From the IMG/VR virus record IMGVR_UViG_3300037851_000504, positions 1-26,649 of that record: a stretch of DNA of 26,649 nt. The stretch is one strand, 5' to 3'. A program made the translations under genes and the position numbers. Of the stretch, positions 16,438 through 26,034 are shown piece by piece (positions within the stretch are counted from its first letter, which is position 1; every line of letters begins with the position of its first letter). A model generated the notes under the pieces. It was not told where the DNA came from and searched no databases. It saw nothing but the letters and a program-made list of their open reading frames with translations. This DNA is from a virus. Lineage: Duplodnaviria; Caudoviricetes.

Positions 16438-17349
16438 ATGGCCTCAACGATCTACTCTCTCGCCCCGCTCACAATCAACTCGACCACTATTGCAGTCGAG
16501 GTCACCGGCTTCTCGCCTGGCATTGCCGAGGCTGCGAGCAAGCACACGGGCGACCTCTATCCGTCGCTTGATCTGCTGTCAGGTGCTGCGCCTCGCGTGA
16601 CATTCCGCACTTTCGCCAAGGATGCCTATAGCCTGATAGGACTCGGCATCCTCCAGGCGACCACATTCGATCTGTATCTTGCGAAATACAGCAGCACCAC
16701 GCTGACGAAATCGACCGGGAGCGACCACTACAAACTCGCGCTCACGGCATCATGCACTGCCGCTGTCCAGATCACCGGCCTGTCCGTAAGTCAGGACGGC
16801 GTGTGGATGGCCGATTGCGAAGCTGCGCTGCTCTCGGTTGATGGGGTTTCGCACCCGATCACTCCTGCGACTGGAAGCCTGCCTGTGCTCACCGCGCAGC
16901 CGACACGGCACACGCTAGGCCCGTGCGTCATCAACGGCAGCGGGATACCAGGCGCGACTGGAGTTTCCATCGCGCTCAACCAGGCACTCGAGGTTCGGCG
17001 GTCTGACGGTGATCTGTATCCGAGGGTAGCTGCACAGTTCGGTGGAGAGCCGCGCATCACTGTCGAGCACGGTGATCCGGTCGGTGTCCTCTCGGCCCTC
17101 GGACTTCTCGGCGCGAACGCCACCGGCAACGCAGTGGTCTATGGTAGGCTTTACAACGCGACAACCGGAGTCAGCAGCAGCACTAACGGGCTGTCGTTCA
17201 CCGTAGCCAGCGGAAGAATCCACCCGAAGGACGCCAGTGCTGGTCAGAACCAGGTGGCGACAGGAGCGTTAGAGATAGTCGGCCTATCGACCAGCGCCAC
17301 ACACCCGATCGCGGTCAGCGTCACAGCCAGCGTGCCGGATGCCGGATGA
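16438..17349 (+). CDS. Putative tail tube (major tail) protein with two tandem homologous domains
   Basis: Position after neck genes; beta-rich; GDLYP...PR[VI]T occurs twice, 153 aa apart. Confidence 0.65.
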   Translation: MASTIYSLAPLTINSTTIAVEVTGFSPGIAEAASKHTGDLYPSLDLLSGAAPRVTFRTFAKDAYSLIGLGILQATTFDLYLAKYSSTTLTKSTGSDHYKLALTASCTAAVQITGLSVSQDGVWMADCEAALLSVDGVSHPITPATGSLPVLTAQPTRHTLGPCVINGSGIPGATGVSIALNQALEVRRSDGDLYPRVAAQFGGEPRITVEHGDPVGVLSALGLLGANATGNAVVYGRLYNATTGVSSSTNGLSFTVASGRIHPKDASAGQNQVATGALEIVGLSTSATHPIAVSVTASVPDAG

Positions 17350-17918
17350 TCCTATTTCGCGACAGGAATAGGAGAGGATCACCGCCGCCGTGGTGCGACG
17401 GTGCAGCTGATCTCGTATCCCGCAGCGATTCTGCCGGGACACTGTGGGCAATAGGTGATCCGCTGCTTGTCGGCCCGCAGCGATCATGGATCGATATCGC
17501 TGACGGGTGGGACGGCTGTGTCCTTCCGCCGCTCGATCCGGCCATCCTTGTGCGGCGGCAGCTGGTCGAGACCTACGAAATGGCCGAGTGCAAGGATCTT
17601 TCCGGTCGTCGCTGGTTCGTGCCGATCCTGCTCGACGAATCCGGAAGGCGCGCATTCCGCGTACAGCGCGGACGTGACTGGCTCCCGGCCCTGACTCCAG
17701 AGCAGGACCGGTGCCTTGCGATCGCACACGAAATCCGCGACTGCTCGGAGCTTCCGGTTGAGATCGCGTGCCAGTACGCAGCCGAGTGCATCTCTCTGGC
17801 AAACCATGTATCCCCGCTGGTCATGGCTGCACTCGGACTGATGGACGATTGCCTTGCGATCGGATCGGTCATCGCCGTTGCATCGCGCAAAGATTCAGCC
17901 GAGGTCAGAAATGGCTGA
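17346..17918 (+). CDS. Hypothetical protein (tail assembly chaperone position)
   Basis: ATGA overlap with tube gene; no diagnostic motif. Confidence 0.6.
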   Translation: MILFRDRNRRGSPPPWCDGAADLVSRSDSAGTLWAIGDPLLVGPQRSWIDIADGWDGCVLPPLDPAILVRRQLVETYEMAECKDLSGRRWFVPILLDESGRRAFRVQRGRDWLPALTPEQDRCLAIAHEIRDCSELPVEIACQYAAECISLANHVSPLVMAALGLMDDCLAIGSVIAVASRKDSAEVRNG

Positions 17919-18480
17919 ACCATCCACGATCAGCGCCGTCATCAAGGAAAGCGGCCCTTTCTTCGACTATCTGTTCACCGGCAAGGGTCGGAGGAGCAGA
18001 ATCAACGCGGTAGTCAAGAACGCTCTGAATGCGGGCGGAACGTTCTGGATCGGCACGTTTATGATGATGCGGTTCTCCGACTACGCCAGGCGGCTCGGGT
18101 ATCGCGCGACGAAGCGTTGGGAGGATCGCAAGCGCAGGATATTGGGTTCGGTGACGCCATATGTCGGGATAACCGGGAGCGTCCCGCAGCGCGGATCATT
18201 CTCGAAGATGATCGACAGTGTTTCAGGGGCGAAGGTCGTGTCGGCGAACACCAAGACTCGCAGCGCAAAGCTCGTCGTGACGGTTCCATTCGGGCACCCT
18301 GTGAGTGCAGTCCACGCACAGTATTTCAAGCGCATCCCTCAGTGGGAGATGAAGCGCGTGGTGGAGGTGGTCGGAGAGGCAATAGATGCCGCGCTGATCA
18401 ACGAGCCGACAAGCAGGCCACCTGTGCGCGGCACCACAGCAAAGCGATCAGTCACCAGATCCAGAAAGAGGGCAGCATAA
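17911..18480 (+). CDS. Basic protein, possible tail completion protein (HK97 gp10 / Mu gpG-like), 189 aa
   Basis: GAGG plus ATG 17911 overlapping previous stop by 8 nt; Arg/Lys-rich. Confidence 0.55.
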   Translation: MAEPSTISAVIKESGPFFDYLFTGKGRRSRINAVVKNALNAGGTFWIGTFMMMRFSDYARRLGYRATKRWEDRKRRILGSVTPYVGITGSVPQRGSFSKMIDSVSGAKVVSANTKTRSAKLVVTVPFGHPVSAVHAQYFKRIPQWEMKRVVEVVGEAIDAALINEPTSRPPVRGTTAKRSVTRSRKRAA

Positions 18481-19356
18481 ATGGCAGCCGGGCAGTCTGG
18501 AGTAAACATCGTATTTTCCGGAGACTCGACAAAGGCGGAAAGCGCTGCGAGACGCGTGCGGAAGGCTGTTGATGACATAGGCTCATCGACAAAGAAGACG
18601 GCAGGTACGCTAGATCAGATCGTCGGCCAGTTCGGCAAAATGTTTCTGTCTGCTGCTGCGATTCAGCGCGCGATTGTCGGTGCCGCACACGCAGTGACGA
18701 GCGTGATGGACAAGCAGGCGGCAGCCGGAAAGGATGTTGCGGGTGTCAGGCTGCGATCAGAACTTGCAGGGCAACGGGTCGGACTCGGAACTGGGGACAT
18801 ACAGGCGATTCTCGGCGCTGCTGGATCGGTCACCCAGGAGCAGCGGGCCGCTTTTGTCGAGCGCGTGGCTGGGGCAAAGGGCGGGCGCGATCCGGCAGCT
18901 GTGCGAGAAGCCGGGATTGCCTACGCGACTGGCCTGGTCTCCGAGGAGGAGGCCATTGCTGCGTCGAGGTCGAAGGAGGCAGCAGCAAGGCTCTCGCGGA
19001 TCGCTGCTGAACGCAGGGAGAAGCTATCGCTGCGATCTCGAATCGAACTCCAGACACGCGACATCGAGCAGGCGCTTCCGCAGCTTGCTGGCAGCGATGC
19101 CGAATCGTTTGCGCAGAGCACTATCCGCCGCAGGGCAAAGGCCGCAGTTGAGGCGCGCGATATATACAATCCGAGAACTGCGATCCTCAAGGACGCTATC
19201 AGCAGCGCAATCCCAGGAGCAGACGCGATCATTGGCGAGGCAGACACAGCCCTCCAATATCCGCAACAGGTCCAGCGCGTCATGCGCGAGATCGCAGACG
19301 AGACGCGTGATCGAAAGCAAATAAACTATTCTGGCGCAACCGACCAAGGGAGGTAG
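18481..19356 (+). CDS. Short tape-measure-like protein, 291 aa
   Basis: N-terminal VNIVFSGDSTKAESAA typical of TMP starts; Ala-rich helical; precedes Dit/hub-like genes. Confidence 0.6.
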   Translation: MAAGQSGVNIVFSGDSTKAESAARRVRKAVDDIGSSTKKTAGTLDQIVGQFGKMFLSAAAIQRAIVGAAHAVTSVMDKQAAAGKDVAGVRLRSELAGQRVGLGTGDIQAILGAAGSVTQEQRAAFVERVAGAKGGRDPAAVREAGIAYATGLVSEEEAIAASRSKEAAARLSRIAAERREKLSLRSRIELQTRDIEQALPQLAGSDAESFAQSTIRRRAKAAVEARDIYNPRTAILKDAISSAIPGADAIIGEADTALQYPQQVQRVMREIADETRDRKQINYSGATDQGR

Positions 19357-19359
19357 CCG

Positions 19360-19827
19360 GTGCCGTATATACTGAGGATGATTGCGCGAACTGACGCCTA
19401 CAATCCAGATCCGGTGACGCTCGACTGGATCGCGGCGAGCACACCTGATGGCGCTCCAGAGTTCGCGAAAATCCAGCAGGAAGAGGAACTGACCACGCCA
19501 GGGGTCAACGGGCGCAGGTACAGGACGATATTTGAGCAGTACCGACCGTTTGACGTGGAGTGCTTCAGCGACCACGCTTCATTTGATGTTGCACTCGACC
19601 AGCAATATAGGGCGGTCAGGCTCAAGGGGAGGATCGTCGATCTGAGTTGGACGATGGCTGGCACCACATATCCGGGCAGGGCGATACACATTGCCGAGGC
19701 GACGGCTCGCGTTGCTCCAGGCAGAACGGCAGGGACATACTCAACCTCGGGATCTACCTGCGTTGTGATCGCTACGTTCCGTCTGGTCAAGATGGCGGAC
19801 GACGGATCAGGGCTAGTGCAGGCATGA
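19360..19827 (+). CDS. Putative distal tail (Dit-like) protein
   Basis: GGAGG RBS plus GTG; position after TMP; ELTTPGVNG loop motif. Confidence 0.55.
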   Translation: MPYILRMIARTDAYNPDPVTLDWIAASTPDGAPEFAKIQQEEELTTPGVNGRRYRTIFEQYRPFDVECFSDHASFDVALDQQYRAVRLKGRIVDLSWTMAGTTYPGRAIHIAEATARVAPGRTAGTYSTSGSTCVVIATFRLVKMADDGSGLVQA

Positions 19828-22091
19828 GCATCCTGCTCGCAAACAAGAACAGCAGGCTCCCGCTCGTCCGCATACTCTCGAAGGCGAAGTGGGACGGCGG
19901 CGGCGGGCAGTGGCAGCCGCTCCCGATGGTCGGGCCAGGCTTGCGACAGCACGGTGCGGAACTTTTGTCGTGCTCCAGGTCGTGCCTTCCTGGCATCGGC
20001 GAGGCCAGGTTCCGCTTTCGGTACGGATTCCTCAACGGCCAGCTGGTCGGCGCGTCGAGCGGCAGTGCAGGCCAGCCGTGGGACCAGTCGAGCAGTCTTT
20101 CGGCTCCTGATCTGCGAGGGCATGAGATCAGAATCCAGATAGCTCCGTGGTCGCTCGATCAATCTGCCCCGGCGTGGCGCACTGCCTGGTGGGGCCAGGT
20201 CGAGCACCAGCAGGACCAGGAGTGGCCTGGGGCATCGTATCCGGCAGGCGACAGGATCTACCGATGCAGCGATGGACTTTTCCGCGCAAAACGCTGGCCG
20301 CTCAACAGGCACCAGGCGTATGTTGATTCGGAGATATACGGCCCTGTGTACGGGCACCCAGGATACAACGTCGGCAGCGACGGCGCTACGCTTGGGAACC
20401 GCGAATCGTCCGGAGTCAACGAGCTTTCCGGTGGCGACTGGCCTAGCGACAGTGACGGCAGGATCTTCGCGCACACGCACCAGGGGAACAGCCTGGCAAC
20501 AACGTGGACCGACCTCCAGGCTTGCGAGCACGCGTTGCGTGTTTCGCGGAAATACGGCGACCCTCTTTTTTCCTTTGATGGACTGACCTCGCTCCTGTCC
20601 ATAGGTGTCTCTGCTTGGTCTGTGCGGGAGCAGGACTCGGCCTGGGATTTCATCGTCCGCGTTTGCGACAGGAAGCGCGGGAGAGGCGTGGCGTTCCTTT
20701 CGTGGGACGACGACGAGGATGATCCGACAGGGCCGCTGGTTCCGCACATCACGATCATGCCGCAGACGTATGGCGATGTGACGTATCTCAACAGCTACTC
20801 TGCAAGCTCCGGCACCTACGCGTCCACATCAATCGATGGCGCAGCCTCGCACGGATCCTCTGTCGATGTTGATCTGATCGGTGATCACAGGCTGGTTGCT
20901 GACACATTCTTGATCACCGAACCCGAAGTGCATACGGCAGATGCAGTCGAGACAATCTCCGAGCGGATACAGGTGGCGATGCCGCTCAACTACGCAGACA
21001 CCGAATCACTATCCGAAGGATGGCTTGCCACGCAGGAGACGGCATTTGCCGGCCTTTCGTTCGATGCCAGGACTCCCGACAAGTGGGACGGGATGTTCTG
21101 CATGCACCGGCTCAAGGACGCATGGATAGGCAAATGCGGTGACGGAACGACGAACACATCATCTGTCGTGTTTTCCGACTGGCACATGGCAGAGGACGCA
21201 GACGGCACACAGAGTTTGCGGACAAGCGAGACCGGGAAGCCGCTCACATCGCCGATCATGTGCCGCATCCTTGGCGACCTGCCTTTCCTCACCGGATATT
21301 CTTACACGTCCTCTGTGCCGACTCCGATCACTTCGGACGCAATGGACCAGGCCAGGAGAAGGCCGGCGATGGCGCTCGTCCGCTCTGGTTCAGACGAGTA
21401 TGTGATGCTGAACGATTCGGAGAATCTCGACAGCACATTTGCCCTCAAGATCAGCGGGAGGACTATCTACTCCGAGAGCAACGCGGACAAGATGGCCGGG
21501 GTGCGGTCGATCAGTGATAATACCATTGACGGCCTTGGATGCGGCCCGTATCAGTCGAGCCAGCTGGTATTCGTCTGCTCTGTCGAGTTGCCGCATCGCG
21601 TCCGGTGGGTGAGCTACCGAGTCGGCGCGAACAAGGAGACAGCGCGCCGCCGCATCGTGATCGAGCACGCGAACCATCACCTTTGGCTCGCACATCCGCG
21701 CTGCGTCTGCGACCTGTCGGACGCATACGGAACTTACGGGTTTGCTCCTGTGCGCGTTCTGTCTCCGACCTACGGTCCGTATATCTGCCGCGACGACAGG
21801 ATTCAGTTGGCGGCGCTGCACGCACTCGCCTGCACCTGGTATCTCGAGCAGCGCAGGACGGTTCGGTGGGAGTTGCGCGATTGCGGTCTGATCGATTCAT
21901 TCGAGGTCATCACCGACGCAGAAAGCGGATCGACATCCGTCGTCGCGTATCCGCAGCTTGGGCAGGTGGTCAACGAGCTAGCCGCTGGCGGGCAGACGAG
22001 GACGATCAGAACTCCAATCACCTCAATAAGTTATGACCACGACACCGGAACAACCAGGTGGGAAACAGATTGGCAGGAACTGGAGTTCTGA
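19824..22091 (+). CDS. Putative tail hub / Tal-like protein, 755 aa
   Basis: ATGA overlap at 19824; position; ends PQLGQVV...ITSISYD...TRWET as hub proteins do. Confidence 0.6.
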   Translation: MSILLANKNSRLPLVRILSKAKWDGGGGQWQPLPMVGPGLRQHGAELLSCSRSCLPGIGEARFRFRYGFLNGQLVGASSGSAGQPWDQSSSLSAPDLRGHEIRIQIAPWSLDQSAPAWRTAWWGQVEHQQDQEWPGASYPAGDRIYRCSDGLFRAKRWPLNRHQAYVDSEIYGPVYGHPGYNVGSDGATLGNRESSGVNELSGGDWPSDSDGRIFAHTHQGNSLATTWTDLQACEHALRVSRKYGDPLFSFDGLTSLLSIGVSAWSVREQDSAWDFIVRVCDRKRGRGVAFLSWDDDEDDPTGPLVPHITIMPQTYGDVTYLNSYSASSGTYASTSIDGAASHGSSVDVDLIGDHRLVADTFLITEPEVHTADAVETISERIQVAMPLNYADTESLSEGWLATQETAFAGLSFDARTPDKWDGMFCMHRLKDAWIGKCGDGTTNTSSVVFSDWHMAEDADGTQSLRTSETGKPLTSPIMCRILGDLPFLTGYSYTSSVPTPITSDAMDQARRRPAMALVRSGSDEYVMLNDSENLDSTFALKISGRTIYSESNADKMAGVRSISDNTIDGLGCGPYQSSQLVFVCSVELPHRVRWVSYRVGANKETARRRIVIEHANHHLWLAHPRCVCDLSDAYGTYGFAPVRVLSPTYGPYICRDDRIQLAALHALACTWYLEQRRTVRWELRDCGLIDSFEVITDAESGSTSVVAYPQLGQVVNELAAGGQTRTIRTPITSISYDHDTGTTRWETDWQELEF

Positions 22092-22502
22092 ATGCCGACC
22101 ATCGCACAACTCGAGCGGGAGATCGAGCGCCTCAAGGGCGAGAACGAGCGCCTTCGCGGGCTTGTTCCGATTCGGCAGGAAGCGTCAGCACCGTCCTCGT
22201 TCCGGTTCGTCCAGGTGATCGGCGGCAACACGTTGGCGAGCGGACAGGACGGGATCAACTTTGCATCGACAGTCACTCCCACTGCGGCGTATGATCCTGA
22301 CGTTGATACGACATACCCTGACGGCCTCGGGCGCGGATGGCTCTACTCGAACGGCAGGATACTGCGGCGCGTTCTGCTGCGCCACGACTACGGAGCCTAT
22401 ACTGCTCCGTTCCTGGTCGGTCGCAGGATCAAGATCGGCGGAACAGTATCTCTGACGTACAGCGGCACATCTTTCATAGCCTATACTCCAGATTGGGAGT
22501 GA
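22092..22502 (+). CDS. Small tail-tip protein with N-terminal coiled coil
   Basis: Abuts hub gene; IAQLEREIERLKGENERL heptads then beta-rich domain. Confidence 0.65.
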   Translation: MPTIAQLEREIERLKGENERLRGLVPIRQEASAPSSFRFVQVIGGNTLASGQDGINFASTVTPTAAYDPDVDTTYPDGLGRGWLYSNGRILRRVLLRHDYGAYTAPFLVGRRIKIGGTVSLTYSGTSFIAYTPDWE

Positions 22503-22508
22503 TCTCGC

Positions 22509-25151
22509 GTGACCCAGCGGATAAAGCTGATCACTGGTCCGCTCCCGCTGATCGGAGCCGACAACTGCGGGCAGAGGGCGCATGGATCTTTAATCACGGA
22601 CGCAGATCCAGGCGAGCCGTCTTGCGGCAAGTTTCTGTCTGGCTCTGGAAATATCGCAGTGATGGGCGTGTCAAAGGCGAACAACGTCCAGTTGCGGTTC
22701 GTCGGTTTGTGGATGGTCGGCATGCGCTCGAGCACCGTGGCCGTGCCTGTCGTTTACGAGAATCTGCCGACCGCCTGCGACCAGGCAGGAGTTCCGATCA
22801 CTACTAGCGCCAGGTGGGTGCGGGTGAATGGGCGGGAGAGATATAGAGTAGTAGTGAACGAGTCTACCTATACAGGCGCATCCGTCCTCGAACAGGTATC
22901 CTGGGTCGCCGCAGGATATCCGCTTGAGCAGCGATACGTCAAGATGCAGTTTCCGTACCACAGGAACAAGGGAAACTTTCGCATTGCTGGCAGGCGGTTG
23001 CGCGACCGCAGCTATCAACTCAACCTCGGATACGAGGAGACGGTAGAGAGCAACGGAGCGACAATAGACGTTCTGGATTATGGATCAGGATACACATATA
23101 TAGATTACGAGTTCACAGGAGGCGACGGCACCGGGTTCGACGCTGTGCTGGAGGTAGACTATTTCGGCAGCATCGACGTGACCATCTACTCGTACGGCTA
23201 TGGATACACGACCCCGCCTACGCTGACGATACTCGACGCAGACGGATCCGGATTCGAATGGGATATGATCCTATATCCCGTAAACATCGCGCAGCTGACG
23301 ACATACGCAACGACCACAGTTTATGGTCCTGGCACAGCAGAGTGGGAGATTGATCTAGGCGCGCACACAGACTCTGTTCCGCCATTATCGCGCCCGCAAA
23401 CGGTATTCTGGATCACAGATTGGATCTACGGCTCCGAAGAGAACGAATCGTGGGAGATACAGGACATATCTCCAGACGGCACAGCAGACGGATACGAGGG
23501 ATATGCTCTGGTCCCTGGCACACTTCCGACCGGCTATCTGCGGCGCGACGAAACCGACACCGACAGGGGCGGTGGCCTCGTGGTCCCAGGAGCGTATTCG
23601 CCTGACTGGCGCCAGCTAAATAGCTGGGGAGATCAGAATAGCCTAAACTATTTGGCGAGTGCTCCTGGCGACAGGTGGTCGCCGCCGACAACTTGGACGT
23701 TCACAAATTGTTATGTTTACGACTGGCCTTGCCGAATCGGCCAGGCATATATGCCTGCGGTCTATTTGCCGTTCCAGACCTACGGCAATGCCATATGGAG
23801 CAACGCATTCGGAAGAGCAACACGCCTCGCGGATACCCCAGGATGGTCTGCTGTCCGCGTATGGACGTCGGACGGACTCTACGACTACGATCTCTACCCG
23901 CCGTTTCTCGGGCAGGCATGCCATATCAGAAACCACACGTTCAGTTCGATCTATTCCACCGTTTATCACACCTGCCACGGCGTGAACTGGCGGAATATGC
24001 GGGTGTGGTATCGATCGCTCGCGTCAACCACTCCAGGTTCGTTTTCGCTCGATCTGCTCTCTGCTCCAGGGTTTTCCAGTGTCGGGACGAGCTACTCAGC
24101 ACTAACAAACACAGTCGGATCTCTCACAGCGTCTCCGACCACGGCGTGGCAGTTCACCGACGTCTCGATCAGCACCAGCGCATCCACCTGGTCCGTCTGC
24201 TATGAGCGGCTGACCTTTCCGGTATCAGCCTACGGATACGAGGTCCAGGTTGCGCTATCACCTGCCTATGATGTCCCGCTCTGGTTCTCTGTGTGCGGCC
24301 CGAACAATGGCATCGTCCCTGGAGGGGTGATGACCTCGCTGCTCACCACACCGATACCGAGAGGCGCGACATACACCGCGACACCTGGCGCGACTTCCTT
24401 CCCCTTCCCGTCGTCAACCAACGAGTTTACTACCTGCGTGATGCGTCCGCCTCGAGGCAGGTACAGGCTGACCGGAGGGCTAATCACTACGACTGCGATT
24501 CCTGGTGCGACCCAAGGGCCGTACATCACGAGCACCAGCAAGGCAACGTGCGACGGCACAGAGCAGCTGTATGCGATCTTCGGCACCGCGCGGAACTCTG
24601 CGTGGTCATTCTCTCTCTCGTCGATCACCCCTACGGCAACTGCGATATCATCTAGCGGCACGTCGTGGAGCGATTACGGGAAGATCACTGCCACAGCGAC
24701 TGGAGATATGCTGATAACGACAACTACGACTTCGACCGGGTTCCGCCTGCTGGCGAAGGTGGACGGTGACGGTCTGATCCCACACCATGAGGCAGAGTAC
24801 GAATTGCTTGCCCCGTCATCTGGTTTTTCCGCCTCGGATCTAGGGACGCCTCCGAGTTTCGCGAAAGACGGGTCTTATTATCGCGTCGCATCTGGAGCCA
24901 CTGGAGAATGGGCAGGCCATGTCGGTGAAATCGCTATAGCGAGATACGACTCGGCATCTACCCTGCGGTGGACGTACGAACGGGAGGATCCTGCCTGGGC
25001 GCAGGTCGCACAGTTCGGCGGGACGATCAGAATCCCTGTCACCAGCGGAGCGGTGGTGTATCTGCGATGCAACGCCTACGATCAAGCGTGGCCGTCAGGA
25101 ATCCAGGACATAGATTCTGTCTCCGTCAGGACGACCTGGGCCATCGAGTAG
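22509..25151 (+). CDS. Large tail-associated / receptor-binding protein with DUF2793-like motif, 880 aa
   Basis: GGAG plus GTG; GSGYT...GGDGTG...GYGYTTPPT motif; PPS...GSYYRVASGATGEWAGHVGEIA; Thr/Ser/Tyr/Trp-rich. Confidence 0.7.
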   Translation: MTQRIKLITGPLPLIGADNCGQRAHGSLITDADPGEPSCGKFLSGSGNIAVMGVSKANNVQLRFVGLWMVGMRSSTVAVPVVYENLPTACDQAGVPITTSARWVRVNGRERYRVVVNESTYTGASVLEQVSWVAAGYPLEQRYVKMQFPYHRNKGNFRIAGRRLRDRSYQLNLGYEETVESNGATIDVLDYGSGYTYIDYEFTGGDGTGFDAVLEVDYFGSIDVTIYSYGYGYTTPPTLTILDADGSGFEWDMILYPVNIAQLTTYATTTVYGPGTAEWEIDLGAHTDSVPPLSRPQTVFWITDWIYGSEENESWEIQDISPDGTADGYEGYALVPGTLPTGYLRRDETDTDRGGGLVVPGAYSPDWRQLNSWGDQNSLNYLASAPGDRWSPPTTWTFTNCYVYDWPCRIGQAYMPAVYLPFQTYGNAIWSNAFGRATRLADTPGWSAVRVWTSDGLYDYDLYPPFLGQACHIRNHTFSSIYSTVYHTCHGVNWRNMRVWYRSLASTTPGSFSLDLLSAPGFSSVGTSYSALTNTVGSLTASPTTAWQFTDVSISTSASTWSVCYERLTFPVSAYGYEVQVALSPAYDVPLWFSVCGPNNGIVPGGVMTSLLTTPIPRGATYTATPGATSFPFPSSTNEFTTCVMRPPRGRYRLTGGLITTTAIPGATQGPYITSTSKATCDGTEQLYAIFGTARNSAWSFSLSSITPTATAISSSGTSWSDYGKITATATGDMLITTTTTSTGFRLLAKVDGDGLIPHHEAEYELLAPSSGFSASDLGTPPSFAKDGSYYRVASGATGEWAGHVGEIAIARYDSASTLRWTYEREDPAWAQVAQFGGTIRIPVTSGAVVYLRCNAYDQAWPSGIQDIDSVSVRTTWAIE

Positions 25152-25152
25152 A

Positions 25153-25190
25153 GGCAGCACCTGTGCCGGTCATCCGGCAATACAGATGCC
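25153..25190. terminator. Hairpin between convergent genes (possible bidirectional terminator)
   Basis: TGCCGG-TCAT-CCGGCA (25164-25179) extended by CTGT/ACAG and GCA/TGC; no U-tract on either strand. Confidence 0.45.
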
Positions 25191-25196
25191 AGGCGC

Positions 25197-25466
25197 TCAA
25201 GCACCATCAGTCTGGTTGTTTCCGTATTGTGCAGAACCAGATTGAGGAGACCGCCACCCATCTGTGACAGGCGAAAACGGCAGCCCATTCTCCGAGTAGT
25301 ATTGCCTCCACAGCGCGATAATGGGGTCAGAGTGCTCGCGCTCAAACAGATAGCACGCAATGGTGGCAATGAACTCGTCGTGCCCAATCTGAGAATACGC
25401 CGTGGCGAGCAGGTCATAAAGCGTACGATTTAGCGTAATCGTGATTGCTGCCTCGTGTCTAGGCAC
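25197..25466 (-). CDS. Hypothetical protein, 89 aa, possible ribbon-helix-helix N-terminus
   Basis: GTG 25466 after GGAAAGGGA, overlapping upstream stop by 8 nt; AITITLNRTLYDLL. Confidence 0.45.
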   Translation of the reverse strand: MPRHEAAITITLNRTLYDLLATAYSQIGHDEFIATIACYLFEREHSDPIIALWRQYYSENGLPFSPVTDGWRSPQSGSAQYGNNQTDGA

Positions 25467-25650
25467 AGTATCCCTTTCCGCTGCACCACTCGCAGCCGTC
25501 TCCTTCGCATACGTTGCAAAGCTCAAACACGGCTTCGTGACACCTGACGCAGCAACGGTCGAAATCGCTGCGACCAACGCCGTTGTCAATCGCGGTTGTA
25601 TCCTCTTCGTCGCACACACGCTCGCATGCTGTGCAATAATATGTATTCAT
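25459..25650 (-). CDS. Small Cys-rich protein with DnaJ-type CxxCxGxG motifs
   Basis: 11 Cys in 63 aa; CNVCEGDG and CEWCSGKG; ATGA overlap. Confidence 0.7.
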   Translation of the reverse strand: MNTYYCTACERVCDEEDTTAIDNGVGRSDFDRCCVRCHEAVFELCNVCEGDGCEWCSGKGYCA

Positions 25651-25943
25651 GGCGTCCGATCTATGCTCGATCTCTCGCGCACAAGGAAGGCCGCAAACGT
25701 CTCCGATCCTTCATAGTGCGGGCAGCATATCATGCGCGAGCCTGGCCGCATTATAGTCCTGTGGCAGCAGTTCGCGCCATCCAGAGTGCATGTGTCGCAC
25801 CGACTGGCATTCGACGGCTCGCGCTTCGGAACCTGCTGGCCGTTCGTGTCCAGCGTCCACTCTGGGTTGGCCTTCTCAAACTCGCGGCATATACGGATCT
25901 CCTCGCGGATCACATCGCCAATGGTCGGTGAATCGTTGGTCAT
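25647..25943 (-). CDS. Cys-rich hypothetical protein, 98 aa
   Basis: ATG 25943 overlaps upstream TGA; CDTC...CC...CCPHY. Confidence 0.65.
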   Translation of the reverse strand: MTNDSPTIGDVIREEIRICREFEKANPEWTLDTNGQQVPKREPSNASRCDTCTLDGANCCHRTIMRPGSRMICCPHYEGSETFAAFLVRERSSIDRTP

Positions 25944-26032
25944 GGGCCACCTAGGATTTTCCACGCAGCCGCCGCGCACAACGGGAATTGGCCGTTGCCG
26001 AGTGCTTTGATGGCACGGCAGGCAGCGAGCAT
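25940..26032 (-). pseudogene. C-terminal remnant (motif X) of a C5 cytosine DNA methyltransferase
   Basis: MLAACRAIKALGNGQFPLCAAAAWKILGGP matches the RLKA[LI]GNGQVPxxAxxAWxxL ending of phage Dcm-like enzymes; catalytic motifs absent. Confidence 0.65.
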
Positions 26033-26034
26033 GT

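Noticed and set aside
17346-18480. Programmed -1 frameshift (lambda G/GT type)
   Set aside because: No XXXYYYZ slippery heptamer seen near the 3' end of 17346-17918; the next gene has its own GAGG and ATG
19398-20747. 449-aa antisense ORF
   Set aside because: Arg/Pro-rich shadow of the Dit/hub genes, expected at this GC content; same for other long antisense ORFs such as 11774-12541
15569-22502. Contractile tail, tailocin or gene transfer agent
   Set aside because: No sheath or baseplate wedge genes recognised; lambda-type terminase/portal and adjacent phage early genes favour a phage over an RcGTA-type cluster
22509-25200. Diversity-generating retroelement target
   Set aside because: No reverse transcriptase and no adenine-mismatched TR/VR pair seen in the window; the hairpin after the gene is not sufficient evidence
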